From NCBI GenBank assembly GCA_037446635.1, contig JBBIIG010000002.1, positions 128,001 to 192,000 on the forward strand: DNA of 64,000 nt, written 5' to 3'. The translations under genes and the position numbers were made by a program. This document shows positions 41,089-51,323 of the stretch, piece after piece. The first letter of the stretch is position 1. The number at the start of each line of letters is the position of its first letter. The stretch comes from a bacterium (GTDB taxonomy: Bacteria; Zhuqueibacterota; Zhuqueibacteria; Oceanimicrobiales; Oceanimicrobiaceae). The notes beneath the pieces are model-generated. The model did not search any database. It was given only the letters and a program-made list of their open reading frames with translations, and was not told the origin of the DNA.

Positions 41089-42429
41089 ATGCAAAATCTC
41101 GAACAACTGTTGTTGCAAATCAGCGATTGGGTGTGGGGGCCGCCGCTGCTGATTTTGCTCATGGGCACGCACATCTTTCTCACCTTTCGCCTTAAATTCA
41201 TCCAGCGCTTCATTGGCACGGGCATCAAACTTTCGATCAAACGCAAGCAGGAGGGGCAGGGCGACGTCAGCCAGTTCGGCGCGCTCACCACGGCGCTGGC
41301 CGCCACCATTGGCACCGGCAACATTGTGGGAGTGGCGACGGCCATTGCCAGTGGCGGCCCCGGCGCGGTTTTGTGGATGTGGCTCACCGGCATTTTCGGC
41401 ATTGCCACGAAATACGCCGAGGCGCTGCTGGCGGTGAAATACCGCGTCCGCACGGCGAAGGGACTTTTCGCCGGCGGGCCGATGTACGTACTCGAGCGCG
41501 GGATGAACGCCAAGTGGCTCGGCCTCACTTTCGCCGGTTTGACGGCCATCTCCGCGTTTGGCATCGGCAACATGGTGCAGGCCAATTCCATCGCCGATAT
41601 GGTCAAAGAAACCTTCGGCGTCGATTTCTGGATTACCGGCCTCATCCTGGCCGCCCTGACCGCGGTGGTTGTGATCGGCGGCATCAAATCGATAGCGCGC
41701 GTGTGTGAGATGCTGGTGCCGTTCATGGCGATATTTTATGTTCTCGGCTGCCTGGTTTTGCTGGCGATGCACGTCGAGCACCTTCCCGGCACGCTCAGGC
41801 TGATCTTCCAAACCGCCTTCACCGGCCACGCGGTCGTCGGCGGATTTTTGGGCGCTGGGATGAAAGAAGCCATTCGCTTCGGCGTGGCGCGCGGATTGTT
41901 TTCCAACGAGTCGGGATTGGGCAGCGCGCCGATTGTGGCCGCGGCGGCGCAGACCAAAAATCCGGTGCGCCAGGCGCTGGTGTCCTCCACCGGCACGTTT
42001 TGGGATACCGTGGTCGTGTGCGCCATCACCGGCATGGTGCTGGTGAACTCCGGCGAGTGGCTAACCGGTTTGAAGGGCGCCGCGCTCACCAACGCCGCCT
42101 TCTCGGATATTCCGCTCATCGGGCCGATTGTGTTGACCGTGGGCCTGCTGACGTTTGTGTTCTCGACGATTTTGGGCTGGTCGTACTACGGCGAGAAAGC
42201 CGCAGAATATTTGTTTGGGTCAAAGGCGATTGCGCCGTATCGCTGGCTGTGGGTGATCGGCGTGATGGCCGGCTCGATTCTGACGCTGCCGATGGTGTGG
42301 TCGTTTGCCGATATCACCAACGGCTTGATGGCGATTCCCAATTTGATTTCTCTGCTCGTCCTTCACAAAGTGATTTTCTCAGAAACCAAAACGTATCTTT
42401 GGGAAGGCAGGTTGGATGAGGATGTTTGA
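41089..42429 (+). CDS. Alanine/glycine:cation symporter (AGCS), intact
   Basis: GTGNIVG, GGPMY, SNESGLGS and LGWSYYGE motifs; GGAGG RBS before MQNLE. Confidence 0.93.
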   Translation: MQNLEQLLLQISDWVWGPPLLILLMGTHIFLTFRLKFIQRFIGTGIKLSIKRKQEGQGDVSQFGALTTALAATIGTGNIVGVATAIASGGPGAVLWMWLTGIFGIATKYAEALLAVKYRVRTAKGLFAGGPMYVLERGMNAKWLGLTFAGLTAISAFGIGNMVQANSIADMVKETFGVDFWITGLILAALTAVVVIGGIKSIARVCEMLVPFMAIFYVLGCLVLLAMHVEHLPGTLRLIFQTAFTGHAVVGGFLGAGMKEAIRFGVARGLFSNESGLGSAPIVAAAAQTKNPVRQALVSSTGTFWDTVVVCAITGMVLVNSGEWLTGLKGAALTNAAFSDIPLIGPIVLTVGLLTFVFSTILGWSYYGEKAAEYLFGSKAIAPYRWLWVIGVMAGSILTLPMVWSFADITNGLMAIPNLISLLVLHKVIFSETKTYLWEGRLDEDV

Positions 42430-42470
42430 ATTTTATTTCAACCCGAGTCCTTTGAGACTCCGGGTTCTGC

Positions 42471-43964
42471 TCACTTCACATTCACCAAAACCCGAACGAC
42501 GCCGCTGCCGCTGCCATTAAATTCCTCCAAGGCTTTGCCGATGACCGCGCCCAGCATTCGTTCGCGTTCCGTGCCTTTCATAGCGTGCCCGGGGGTGCTC
42601 GCCGTCACCAGCAGATCGCCGCGGCGAATGGGGCCGTTCTCGCCGCAAACTTTGGTGGGAATCACCCCCACGACGCCCACCGGGATCGTGTCGCCGTGGT
42701 CCGCTTCGATGCCGCGCTCGGAAAGCAGCACACCCGGTTTGGCGGCATAAACTCCGATGACTCGCGTCGAATACGGCTCGTCGGATTTTTCCACGGCGCG
42801 ATCGCTGGCGGTTGAAATCACCAACACGTCGCCGGGCTCGTACTCTTCCACCAGGCCTTCGACGGCAAACGCTTCGGCTACGTCCGCGCCGCCAGTCTGG
42901 GTGCCGCCGTTGAAAAACGCTTTGCCGGTTTTATCGATGCGCGCCTGATTGGTGAAATTGCTTTGAAACACCGCGATGTTGCCGGAGAGGCCGGTGTGGT
43001 TGGCTACCAGTGCGCTGCCGGTGCCGGCGTTAGTAGCCAGCACACCCGCGCCCGCCGCGCGATGAAATCCCCAAACCCCGACGGTGATATTGGAGTTTGG
43101 GCTATCGTTTTGGCCGAAGACGGCCGCCGGCACCGAGTCGCGGTCGGTAAAGCCCCAGATCGCCGCTTCGACCAATTCCTGGGCGGTTGCATCCGGATGC
43201 AACAGCGGCGTGAGCCTTGGGGTGATGGCATTAATTTCATTTTGAGAAGATTTTAAAGACAGGCCGTTAATCGCCGCTTGGCTGCCGTGCACCTCCGCGC
43301 GTAGTCCCCCCGCAAATTGTCCCGCGCCCGTGGAGGTGAGATTTCCCTGCAGCCGCAAAGCGTCGCCGTTGGCTTGCTCGTTGGTCACCGCTACGGTCGC
43401 CGCCGCGCCATTATTTTGAAACTGCGCCGCCGCGCCCGCGCCGGTATTCGCAACCGAAAACGCAGCGATGGAACTGCCAACGCTGCCCACAAATGGTAGC
43501 TGCAATTGGCTGCCGCCGCTCGTGGCCGAGATCACAATGGACGATCCCTGGCGGGAGAGATGAATATTGCTGCCGGCCACCAACGCGCTATCGGCGAGGG
43601 AACGCGCGCTGAGGCTGTACGCCGCCGCCGTCAGTTCCACCCGCGGCAATAACTCCCCATCGCCGCCAACCGTGATTCCCAACCAGTAGGGTTTGTCAAA
43701 AGGCAAACTCAGCGGCTGGGTTTTTCCCAGCACGACATTGAACAATCCGTTGGTCGCGATAATAGTATGAACTTCCTGCCAAATGGGCTCGCCGCCCTGG
43801 GCTTGCTCGTAAAGCTTAAAAGTAAGTAGAAAATTTCCGCTCCGTGGATGGTTGTCGGCGTCGGTCAAAACGCCCTGGTAGCTAAGGGTTTGCGGCACCT
43901 GCGAGAAGGCTTCCGCCGCGAAAATGAAAATGATAAGTAGGCCAACCAACGATGCGATTCTCAT
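42471..43964 (-). CDS. Secreted fibre-like protein with C-terminal intramolecular-chaperone (peptidase G2-like) domain
   Basis: Signal peptide; PQTLSYQGVLTD N-terminal domain; Gly/Ala beta-repeat middle; GADVAE...PGDVL...GPIRRGDLLV...IGKAL. Confidence 0.7.
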   Translation of the reverse strand: MRIASLVGLLIIFIFAAEAFSQVPQTLSYQGVLTDADNHPRSGNFLLTFKLYEQAQGGEPIWQEVHTIIATNGLFNVVLGKTQPLSLPFDKPYWLGITVGGDGELLPRVELTAAAYSLSARSLADSALVAGSNIHLSRQGSSIVISATSGGSQLQLPFVGSVGSSIAAFSVANTGAGAAAQFQNNGAAATVAVTNEQANGDALRLQGNLTSTGAGQFAGGLRAEVHGSQAAINGLSLKSSQNEINAITPRLTPLLHPDATAQELVEAAIWGFTDRDSVPAAVFGQNDSPNSNITVGVWGFHRAAGAGVLATNAGTGSALVANHTGLSGNIAVFQSNFTNQARIDKTGKAFFNGGTQTGGADVAEAFAVEGLVEEYEPGDVLVISTASDRAVEKSDEPYSTRVIGVYAAKPGVLLSERGIEADHGDTIPVGVVGVIPTKVCGENGPIRRGDLLVTASTPGHAMKGTERERMLGAVIGKALEEFNGSGSGVVRVLVNVK

Positions 43965-44466
43965 AAATTTCTCCCTGTTTAACCAATTCGATTACCAACC
44001 CGAAGAAGAAGTAGCCTTAATTGATACCAGCAGGGAGCGGAAATCGCAAAGAATCGATCTATTTTTTTGGCACGATGTTGATTTGAATGGGCAACATGCT
44101 TATCATTGCCCACTACCCAGAAATAGAACTCCGACCGGATTTCTAAGATACCATTTTTGATCTTTTCCATTTTTGATCTTTCTTCTTATTAAGTACGGCG
44201 CCTATTCCTCTAACCGCACTGCCAAAAGAGACGTTATATATAACTAATATTTTATTCGGATTAGATTGACTAACTATTTTGACAATTGGATAAATCAGAA
44301 AAGCCTTTAACTCTCAAAAGTTTAAAAATTTTTTGCTTCCACAAGTTAGCCAGCGAGTGTAATTTAATATTTAACGAATCCTCACAGATAAATTCCAAGG
44401 TCGCGATTATTTCATTGAATTTCTTTAAAAAAAGATGTAGTTTAATTTTAAAATTACTGAAAGATT

Positions 44467-46314
44467 ATGTTTACAAAAATATACGCTTTCGTTTTTGCCT
44501 TTGTGTTTATCACAGGCATTCATGCCGCAGGTCAGGATATCCTAACTTTTGGTCAAATCCAGCCGGGCATGCGCGGCGTGGGGCGAACAGTGTTCACGGG
44601 CGCGCAAATCGAAGAGTTTGAATTCGAGGTGCTGGACATCCTGCCCAATTTTCATTCCAAGCGCGACATCATTTTAGTGAAGCTCCTCGGCGAGAAAGTG
44701 GAGCACACCGGGGTGGTGGCTGGCATGAGCGGCAGCCCGGTGTACATCGATGGCAAGCTCATCGGTGCTTTGGCGTATCGTTTTGGAATATTCACCAAAG
44801 AGCCCATCGCCGGCATCACGCCCATCGAGCAAATGCTGGAAATTTTCGAGCATGATAAAGTGCGCGCCGAGGAGCTGGCGCTCAACCGCGGCTTCAATCC
44901 GCAATTTTTGGAAATGGCGGCCGGGGTGCGCGAGTTTTCGTGGGAGAGTCTGCTGCCGCCGCAGTTGCAGCAGCGCCAGGCTTTGCCCGCCGGCGTCGCC
45001 AACATTTTTCCGCTGGAGGTTCCGCTGGTGTTTGCCGGTTTTGAAAACAGCACGCTGCAAACCGCCGCGAATCTGTTTGGCGGCGGCCGCGGTTGGCAGG
45101 TGGTGAGCGGGGCAGGAAGCGCCGCCGAAAGCGAAAATCTCAACGCCACCTCGCTGCAGCCGGGCTCGGCCTTTTCGGTGGTGCTGGTGGATGGCGATTT
45201 GGGAATTCAAGCGACGGGCACGGTGACGTACTGCGACGGCAATCGCGTTTTGGGAATGGGGCACCCGTTTCTTGATTTCGGCGCGGTGACCCTGCCGCTG
45301 GCCGAAGCCAAGATTTTGACCACGCTGTCGAGCGCGATGGCTTCCACCAAAATTTCCGCGCCGACGCGGGTGGTGGGCGCCGTGCACCAGGATCGCACCA
45401 CCGGCATCCTGAGCGTGGTCGGCGAAACGGTAGAGATGCTGCCGCTGCGCATTCGCTTTCAGTCGAAACTGCAAAATGAGGTGGAATTTAATTTTCGGAT
45501 TGCGCAAGACCGGAGTTTGAATTCGTTTACGCCGCTGCTGTTTGCGCTGGTGATCAGCGACGCGCTGGAATCGGCCCGCCTTTCTTTCGGCAACGCCACT
45601 CTGCAAATGGAAGGAAAGATCAATTTAAAAAATCATCGGCCCATCACTTTGCAAAATCACTTCGCCGGCAGCGCGCCCTCGGCGTTCATCACCGATGGCA
45701 TGGAGGCGACCGGCGAAATTGCCGGCGTCATCGGCGCGCTGCTTGCCAACGATTTTGAAAGCCCGAAGATCGAATCGGTGGAGCTGAATTTTACTTCGCT
45801 TCCCAAAAAGAGCCTGGCCACGGTGCAGCGCATCGAGGTGGATAAAACCATCGTCAAGCCCGGCGATAAAATTGTACTGACGGTTTATGTCAAAGAATTT
45901 CAGGGCAAAGAGATCAAGCTGCAGCGCGATGTTCTCGTGCCCGATAATATCGAATCCAAGCGGCTGACGGTGTTCGCCGGCAGCGGCAGTTTGCTGCGGC
46001 AACTGGAGTTCCGTTCGGCGCCGCAGAAATTTCGCCCCCGCAGCTTCAAGCAACTACTTGAGCTTTTGGAGAATCGCCGCAAAAACAATTTCGTCTTTTT
46101 GCAGCTTCGTGAAATCAACCGCGGCGTTTTGGTTGAAGGAGAAGAGTTCCCAAGCCTTCCGCCCTCGGTTTTGTCGATTATGAACGCTCAGAAATCATCT
46201 GGAAACGTAGTGCTTATGCGCGAGCGGGTTTTGCATGAAGAAAACGTACAATTGGACTTTTCGATTTCCGGCGGCCGCACCATTGCTTTGAAGGTCGAGC
46301 CGAAAGATGAATAA
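44467..46314 (+). CDS. Secreted SpoIVB-like peptidase S55 protein
   Basis: Signal peptide; GVVAGMSGSPVYIDGKLIGA; GTVTY...LGMGHP. Confidence 0.85.
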   Translation: MFTKIYAFVFAFVFITGIHAAGQDILTFGQIQPGMRGVGRTVFTGAQIEEFEFEVLDILPNFHSKRDIILVKLLGEKVEHTGVVAGMSGSPVYIDGKLIGALAYRFGIFTKEPIAGITPIEQMLEIFEHDKVRAEELALNRGFNPQFLEMAAGVREFSWESLLPPQLQQRQALPAGVANIFPLEVPLVFAGFENSTLQTAANLFGGGRGWQVVSGAGSAAESENLNATSLQPGSAFSVVLVDGDLGIQATGTVTYCDGNRVLGMGHPFLDFGAVTLPLAEAKILTTLSSAMASTKISAPTRVVGAVHQDRTTGILSVVGETVEMLPLRIRFQSKLQNEVEFNFRIAQDRSLNSFTPLLFALVISDALESARLSFGNATLQMEGKINLKNHRPITLQNHFAGSAPSAFITDGMEATGEIAGVIGALLANDFESPKIESVELNFTSLPKKSLATVQRIEVDKTIVKPGDKIVLTVYVKEFQGKEIKLQRDVLVPDNIESKRLTVFAGSGSLLRQLEFRSAPQKFRPRSFKQLLELLENRRKNNFVFLQLREINRGVLVEGEEFPSLPPSVLSIMNAQKSSGNVVLMRERVLHEENVQLDFSISGGRTIALKVEPKDE

Positions 46315-46320
46315 AAAAAC

Positions 46321-48543
46321 GTGAAAGGTGAAAATGTGAGACGTAAAACGTTCGGATTTTTCGGCGTCAAAATTCTTGCCGCTCAAATTTTTCTGCTGGC
46401 GACGGTCTCGCTGCTGTGCGCTTCCACTCCCAAAATAGTCACCTATCGCACGCAAAAGGATTTCGAGAAAGGCAAACCGCGCGGGGTATCGATCAACAGC
46501 CGCGGAGAGGTTATGTTGGCGCCAGCGAGTTCATTGTTGATCAATCAGGAGATACCGTGCATTTGGTCGGGCGCAGCAGATGCGCTAGGAAATTTATACG
46601 TGGCCGGCGGCGGCAATACCGGGGTCATTTTTAAAATCGATGCCAACGGCCGCTCCGAGCGCTTTTTCGATTCGGAAAAATTTCAGATGTATGCCCTTGC
46701 GGTGAATAAACAAAACCAGCTTTTTGCCGCCACTTCGCCGCAGGGTAAGGTTTATGCCTTTCCTAAAACTGGCACTGTTCAATTAAGCGATGCTGGTTTT
46801 TTTGATACGGAGGACATATATATTTGGGATTTGGCGTTTGATGGCCAGAACAATCTTTACGTCGCCACGGGTGAAAAGGGCAAAATATATAAAGTTGATA
46901 GCGCTGGCCGCGGCGCGCTGTTTTATGAAAGCGAAGACACTCACATCCGTAAAATCAGGTTTGATTTGGCGGGTAATCTGATCGTTGGCACCTCCAACAA
47001 AGGCATCGTCCTCAAATTGGATTCGCAGGGGCGGGCCTTTGTGCTGTACGATTCACCCATGGTGGAAATCACCGATATTGTGCTTGATCGGTCAGGGAAT
47101 ATTTATGCGTCGGCGGCGGGCGAGGAACGGCTGCAAGCCCCGGCGCCGCCGGGTCAAGCGCCGCCGGTGGGGCCGGCGAATGAACCCGAGGAGATGGTTT
47201 CCGAAGATGATGAATTGGATACTCAGGTTCAGGTTATTGCGGGCGCGGTTCCACCCGCCCTCAGTAAACCCGGCAGCGAACTCTATCGCATCGACAAAGA
47301 TGGCGTGGTGAAGACCCTGTGGCGGACGCGCAGCGAACGGATTTTTGCGATGGCATTGGATAAATCTGACAATATCGTGGTGGGCGTCGGCGATTCCGGA
47401 CGGCTCTACTCCATCGACCCGGCCGGCGAGCACGCGCTGCTTTTGGCGCTCGATGAAACTCAGATTACCACACTCGGAAAGGATTCGCAAGGGCAGATTT
47501 TTTTGGGCGCCTCCAATGCCGGGAAAGTGTATCGCCTTAGCGACGACTTCAACCTCAAGGGCGAGTATCTTTCCGATGTGATTGACGCCGGCGTGGTTTC
47601 GCAGTGGGGCGCGATCAGTTGGGACGCGGGCTTCACTGGCGGCGCAGTGGCGTTGTATTCGCGATCCGGCAACACCGAGCAGCCCGATAAAACCTGGAGC
47701 CCGTGGTCAACGAAGTATGCCGCGGCCAGCGGCGAAGCCATCGCCAGCGCGCCGGCGCGTTTCATCCAGTTCAAAGCCGAGTTGACGACTACCGACAGCC
47801 GTCGCACGCCGGTTCTGCGCGCAGTGTCATTTTCGTATTTGCAAAAAAATCTGCCGCCGGAGGTCATCGAAATTTCTATTCTCCCGCCCGGCGAATACTA
47901 CCCCGACGCCGCTGGCAACTCAGCGTCCGAGTCGCATCTCAGCAACAGTACAGCCGGCCAGAGCTCTCAATCTCAGTACACCGGCCGCAAAAGTTTTCAA
48001 AAAGGCTATCGTTCGGTGAGCTGGAAAAGCCGCGATGACAACGGCGATAATTTATCGTTCGATCTTTTTTACAGCAGCGCCGCCAACCCGAACTGGCAAA
48101 CCCTGGTGAAGGACTTTCGCGGCAGCGTTTATTCGTGGGATAGCGAGCTGATGCCGGACGGCGAGTACCAGATCAAAATCGTCGCCAAAGACGGTCTCTC
48201 CAATCCGCCGGCTTTGGCGCTAAATTCAGAAAAGATCAGCCAGCCGTTTAGGGTAGATAATAGCGGCCCGCGGGTGTCGGAAGTGAAGGTGGTAAAAGTC
48301 GCAAACGGCGCGAAAGTTACGTTTGCGGTCGAGGATGAGTTGTCGCTGGTGAGCAAAGTGGAATACGGCTTGAATGTCGATGAGTGGAAATTAGTGTATC
48401 CGGTGGACGGAATTTGTGATTCGAAACTGGAAGGGTTTGAAATCGTGATCGACGCCAGTCAGAAAGGCCGCCATTCCCTGGTGATCAAAGCGCAAGATGA
48501 ATGGGGCAACCTCGGGTTTGGCAAAACCAATATCGAATTATAA
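46321..48543 (+). CDS. Secreted beta-propeller plus FN3/Ig-like protein
   Basis: Repeated D..GNLY/GKVY blades; acidic Pro-rich insert; W..RDDNGD and DGEYQIKIVAKD Ig-like tail; start uncertain because it lies in a heptamer repeat. Confidence 0.75.
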   Translation: MKGENVRRKTFGFFGVKILAAQIFLLATVSLLCASTPKIVTYRTQKDFEKGKPRGVSINSRGEVMLAPASSLLINQEIPCIWSGAADALGNLYVAGGGNTGVIFKIDANGRSERFFDSEKFQMYALAVNKQNQLFAATSPQGKVYAFPKTGTVQLSDAGFFDTEDIYIWDLAFDGQNNLYVATGEKGKIYKVDSAGRGALFYESEDTHIRKIRFDLAGNLIVGTSNKGIVLKLDSQGRAFVLYDSPMVEITDIVLDRSGNIYASAAGEERLQAPAPPGQAPPVGPANEPEEMVSEDDELDTQVQVIAGAVPPALSKPGSELYRIDKDGVVKTLWRTRSERIFAMALDKSDNIVVGVGDSGRLYSIDPAGEHALLLALDETQITTLGKDSQGQIFLGASNAGKVYRLSDDFNLKGEYLSDVIDAGVVSQWGAISWDAGFTGGAVALYSRSGNTEQPDKTWSPWSTKYAAASGEAIASAPARFIQFKAELTTTDSRRTPVLRAVSFSYLQKNLPPEVIEISILPPGEYYPDAAGNSASESHLSNSTAGQSSQSQYTGRKSFQKGYRSVSWKSRDDNGDNLSFDLFYSSAANPNWQTLVKDFRGSVYSWDSELMPDGEYQIKIVAKDGLSNPPALALNSEKISQPFRVDNSGPRVSEVKVVKVANGAKVTFAVEDELSLVSKVEYGLNVDEWKLVYPVDGICDSKLEGFEIVIDASQKGRHSLVIKAQDEWGNLGFGKTNIEL

Positions 48544-48569
48544 TGGCAAGAAAGGTTGTGTGATTTTTA

Positions 48570-49562
48570 ATGACGGACCGGGCAGCGTTGAAGAAAGTGA
48601 AGGATTGCATAGATGGCGGAAAAACCTTCGTCTTAACAACCCATGTCAACCCCGACGGCGACGGCCTCGGCTGCGAAGCGGCGTTAGCGGCCTGGCTGAT
48701 GGATCTCGGGAAAGATGTTTATATTTTTAACAGCAGCCCGACGCCTGCAAATTACAAATTTCTCGACCCCGACAAACTCATGAAAGTTTACAACCGCGAT
48801 CGGCATCGCGAAACGCTGCTCGCCGCAGACTACGTGATCATTTTGGACATCAGCGACTGGAAGCGCCTGCGGGAGCTGGGCGAAGATGTTAGGTTCGCAT
48901 CCGTTCCCAAAATATGTATCGATCACCATCCGCAGCAGGATAAGTTTGTCGATCTCAAAGTCGTCAATGTCAACGCCTGCGCCACCGGTGAGATCGTCTT
49001 CGATTTGCTCAAGTTTTCGGAAGCGAAAATTACCCGCCGCATCGCTGAAGCGCTTTATGCCAGCATCATCACCGACACTGGCGGCTTCCGCTTTTCCAAC
49101 ACTAACCCCCGTGCCTTTCAAATTTGCGGCGAGCTGGCGGAAACGGGCATCAATCCGCCGCGAATTTATCAGGAGATTTATGAACAACAACCGATGAGCA
49201 AAGTCCGATTGTTCGCTTATGTGCTCAACCATTTGCGGTTTGAGGATAAAGGGCGGGTGGCGTGGTTTGAAATCACCCGCGAGGTGCTGGCGGAAAAAAA
49301 CGCCAACACTTATGATACCGAGGGTTTCGCGGACTACCCGCGCTCCATCGACGGCGTTGAGGTGAGCATCATGTTCATTGAATTGGAAGACCATAAATTC
49401 AAAGTGAGCTTGCGTTCGCGCGGCAATTATGTGATCAATGGCATCGCGCAAAAATTCGGCGGCGGCGGCCACCCCTACGCCGCCGGCATCATGATCGAGG
49501 GCAGCATGAAAGCGCACATTCCGCGCATCCTCGAAGAAGTTTCCTACCTGTTCGAGAAGTGA
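48570..49562 (+). CDS. nrnA: DHH/DHHA1 phosphoesterase (NrnA-like)
   Basis: THVNPDGDG, IDHH, TDTGGF, SLRS and GGGGH motifs. Confidence 0.88.
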   Translation: MTDRAALKKVKDCIDGGKTFVLTTHVNPDGDGLGCEAALAAWLMDLGKDVYIFNSSPTPANYKFLDPDKLMKVYNRDRHRETLLAADYVIILDISDWKRLRELGEDVRFASVPKICIDHHPQQDKFVDLKVVNVNACATGEIVFDLLKFSEAKITRRIAEALYASIITDTGGFRFSNTNPRAFQICGELAETGINPPRIYQEIYEQQPMSKVRLFAYVLNHLRFEDKGRVAWFEITREVLAEKNANTYDTEGFADYPRSIDGVEVSIMFIELEDHKFKVSLRSRGNYVINGIAQKFGGGGHPYAAGIMIEGSMKAHIPRILEEVSYLFEK

Positions 49563-49682
49563 TCTGATATTCAACAAAAATCGACTTTTTGGGCGCCTCG
49601 ATAAAGTATTCCGCGTTTTCTGCCGATTTTTAAATAAAACAAAAATTTCAAATTTTTTAATGGCGAGGAGAGCAGACTGGTT

Positions 49683-51137
49683 ATGATGGAAGGCGCCTTC
49701 CAAAAAGTTTTATTGCTCAAAAGCGATTGCGAACAAGCCGATTTGATTGAGGAAAAGCTTTCGAAGGTTAACTCTAAACTTCAGATTGACGCGCTTCGGC
49801 TAAGTGAATACACCGCCGAAACGGTTTCTAAAAATAATTATAAGACGATCGTTTTAGACTACCGTCTGCCTAAGCAAGACGTTTCCGCAATTTTAGCGCA
49901 ACTGAAAAAAGACCGAGTCCTCGCGCCGATAATTGTGCCGTTCGGAAATGATAATGGAGAGATTTTAATTAAAGCGGTCAAGCATGGCGCCACCGATGAT
50001 GTAGTTGTTCATGAGAAAGATTACCTGACGGTTCTGCCACAAGTCATTCAGAAAACCATCGACCAATACCAGTTGGATATCTGCTGGCGGAATTTGATCT
50101 TAAACAGCAAACGGAAATTACAGAACACCTTTGACGCCATCACCGACATCATTTTTCAAATTAATCACAAATCCGAAATCACGATGGCGAACCGAACGCT
50201 GGCCAACCTGTGCCACACCCAGCCGGAGAAACTCATCGGCCGCAAATTCTATGAAGTCTTTGGCCAAAGCCATACTGCCGCCAGCATTGTTTCGACCTTT
50301 CGCACCTGCGAGCCGATTAATTTCGAGGAGACGATTAACGGTGAAATTTATGAAATCCGCAGTTACCCGGTTTTTGGTGAAAACGGCAAGGTGGAGCTGG
50401 TAACGGCCTACTGCAAAAACGTCACTGAAAAAAAGCACCTGGAAAAATCCCTCATTCAATCGGAAAAGCTGGCGGCCATCGGGCTGCTTTCGTCGGGCAT
50501 CGCCCATGAGCTGCGCAATCCCCTCAACATCATCGAGACCGCGCGCTATTTCATGAGCGAATTTTTGCCGGTGGAAGATCAAGAAATGCGCGACAAGCTG
50601 GAAATCATCCGCAAGAACATTCAGCGGGCGTCCAGCATCATCAACAATTTGCTGGAGTTTTCGTGCAACTCGCAGCAGGAGCGCGAGCCCATCCACTTGC
50701 GCCAAATTATCGAAAACACCATCTCGTTGATCGGCAAACAGCTCTCCTCCCACAACATCGATTTTTCTTTTGTCAGCGCTGAAGATTATGTGGCGTATTT
50801 CAATGCCGACTCCATCAAACAGGCTTTGTTGAATATTATCATCAACGCCATTCATGCCATGCCGAACGGCGGCCGGCTGACCATCAGCGTCGAGCCTTAC
50901 GGCCGCGATTTCGTCAACGTGCGCATCGCCGACACCGGCGTGGGCATCCCGGAAGAAAACCTGCCCCACATTTTCACGCCGTTTTTCACCACCAAAGAAG
51001 TAGGAGTTGGCACGGGCCTCGGTCTGTTTGTGACCCACGTGCTCATCGAACGCGAGGGCGGAAAAGTCTCGGTTCAAAGCCAGGTCAACGAGGGCACCAC
51101 CTTCACGCTCACCCTGCCGCGGTTTAAAGAAAAATAG
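49683..51137 (+). CDS. Receiver-like/PAS sensor histidine kinase
   Basis: IVLDYRLP receiver-like N-terminus; PAS; GIAHELRNPL; NAIHA, DTGVG, FFTTK and GTGLGL boxes. Confidence 0.9.
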   Translation: MMEGAFQKVLLLKSDCEQADLIEEKLSKVNSKLQIDALRLSEYTAETVSKNNYKTIVLDYRLPKQDVSAILAQLKKDRVLAPIIVPFGNDNGEILIKAVKHGATDDVVVHEKDYLTVLPQVIQKTIDQYQLDICWRNLILNSKRKLQNTFDAITDIIFQINHKSEITMANRTLANLCHTQPEKLIGRKFYEVFGQSHTAASIVSTFRTCEPINFEETINGEIYEIRSYPVFGENGKVELVTAYCKNVTEKKHLEKSLIQSEKLAAIGLLSSGIAHELRNPLNIIETARYFMSEFLPVEDQEMRDKLEIIRKNIQRASSIINNLLEFSCNSQQEREPIHLRQIIENTISLIGKQLSSHNIDFSFVSAEDYVAYFNADSIKQALLNIIINAIHAMPNGGRLTISVEPYGRDFVNVRIADTGVGIPEENLPHIFTPFFTTKEVGVGTGLGLFVTHVLIEREGGKVSVQSQVNEGTTFTLTLPRFKEK

Positions 51138-51257
51138 CTCCCGCCTGAGATCTTAGGAAACGGCCGGTGTGGAACACGGATTCGAGAAAATATCGGATTA
51201 AAAATCCGATGCTTTCTAATGATCCGAGTTCTTATTTGAGCATCTTTAAAACTTTGT

Positions 51258-51286
51258 TTGACAAAATCGCATAATATCCTTACATT
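51258..51286 (+). promoter_or_regulatory. Sigma70 promoter of the polyprenyl synthase operon
   Basis: TTGACA-17 bp-TACATT. Confidence 0.65.
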
Positions 51287-51323
51287 TAGCCGATTTTGAT
51301 TTTCAAAACAAAGAGGGAGGCGA

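Noticed and set aside
44068..44112. TGGCAC sigma54-like site and TGGGCAA-N11-TTGCCCA inverted repeat
   Set aside because: No GC at the -12 position (GG-N10-AT); the 7-bp repeat alone is too weak to call
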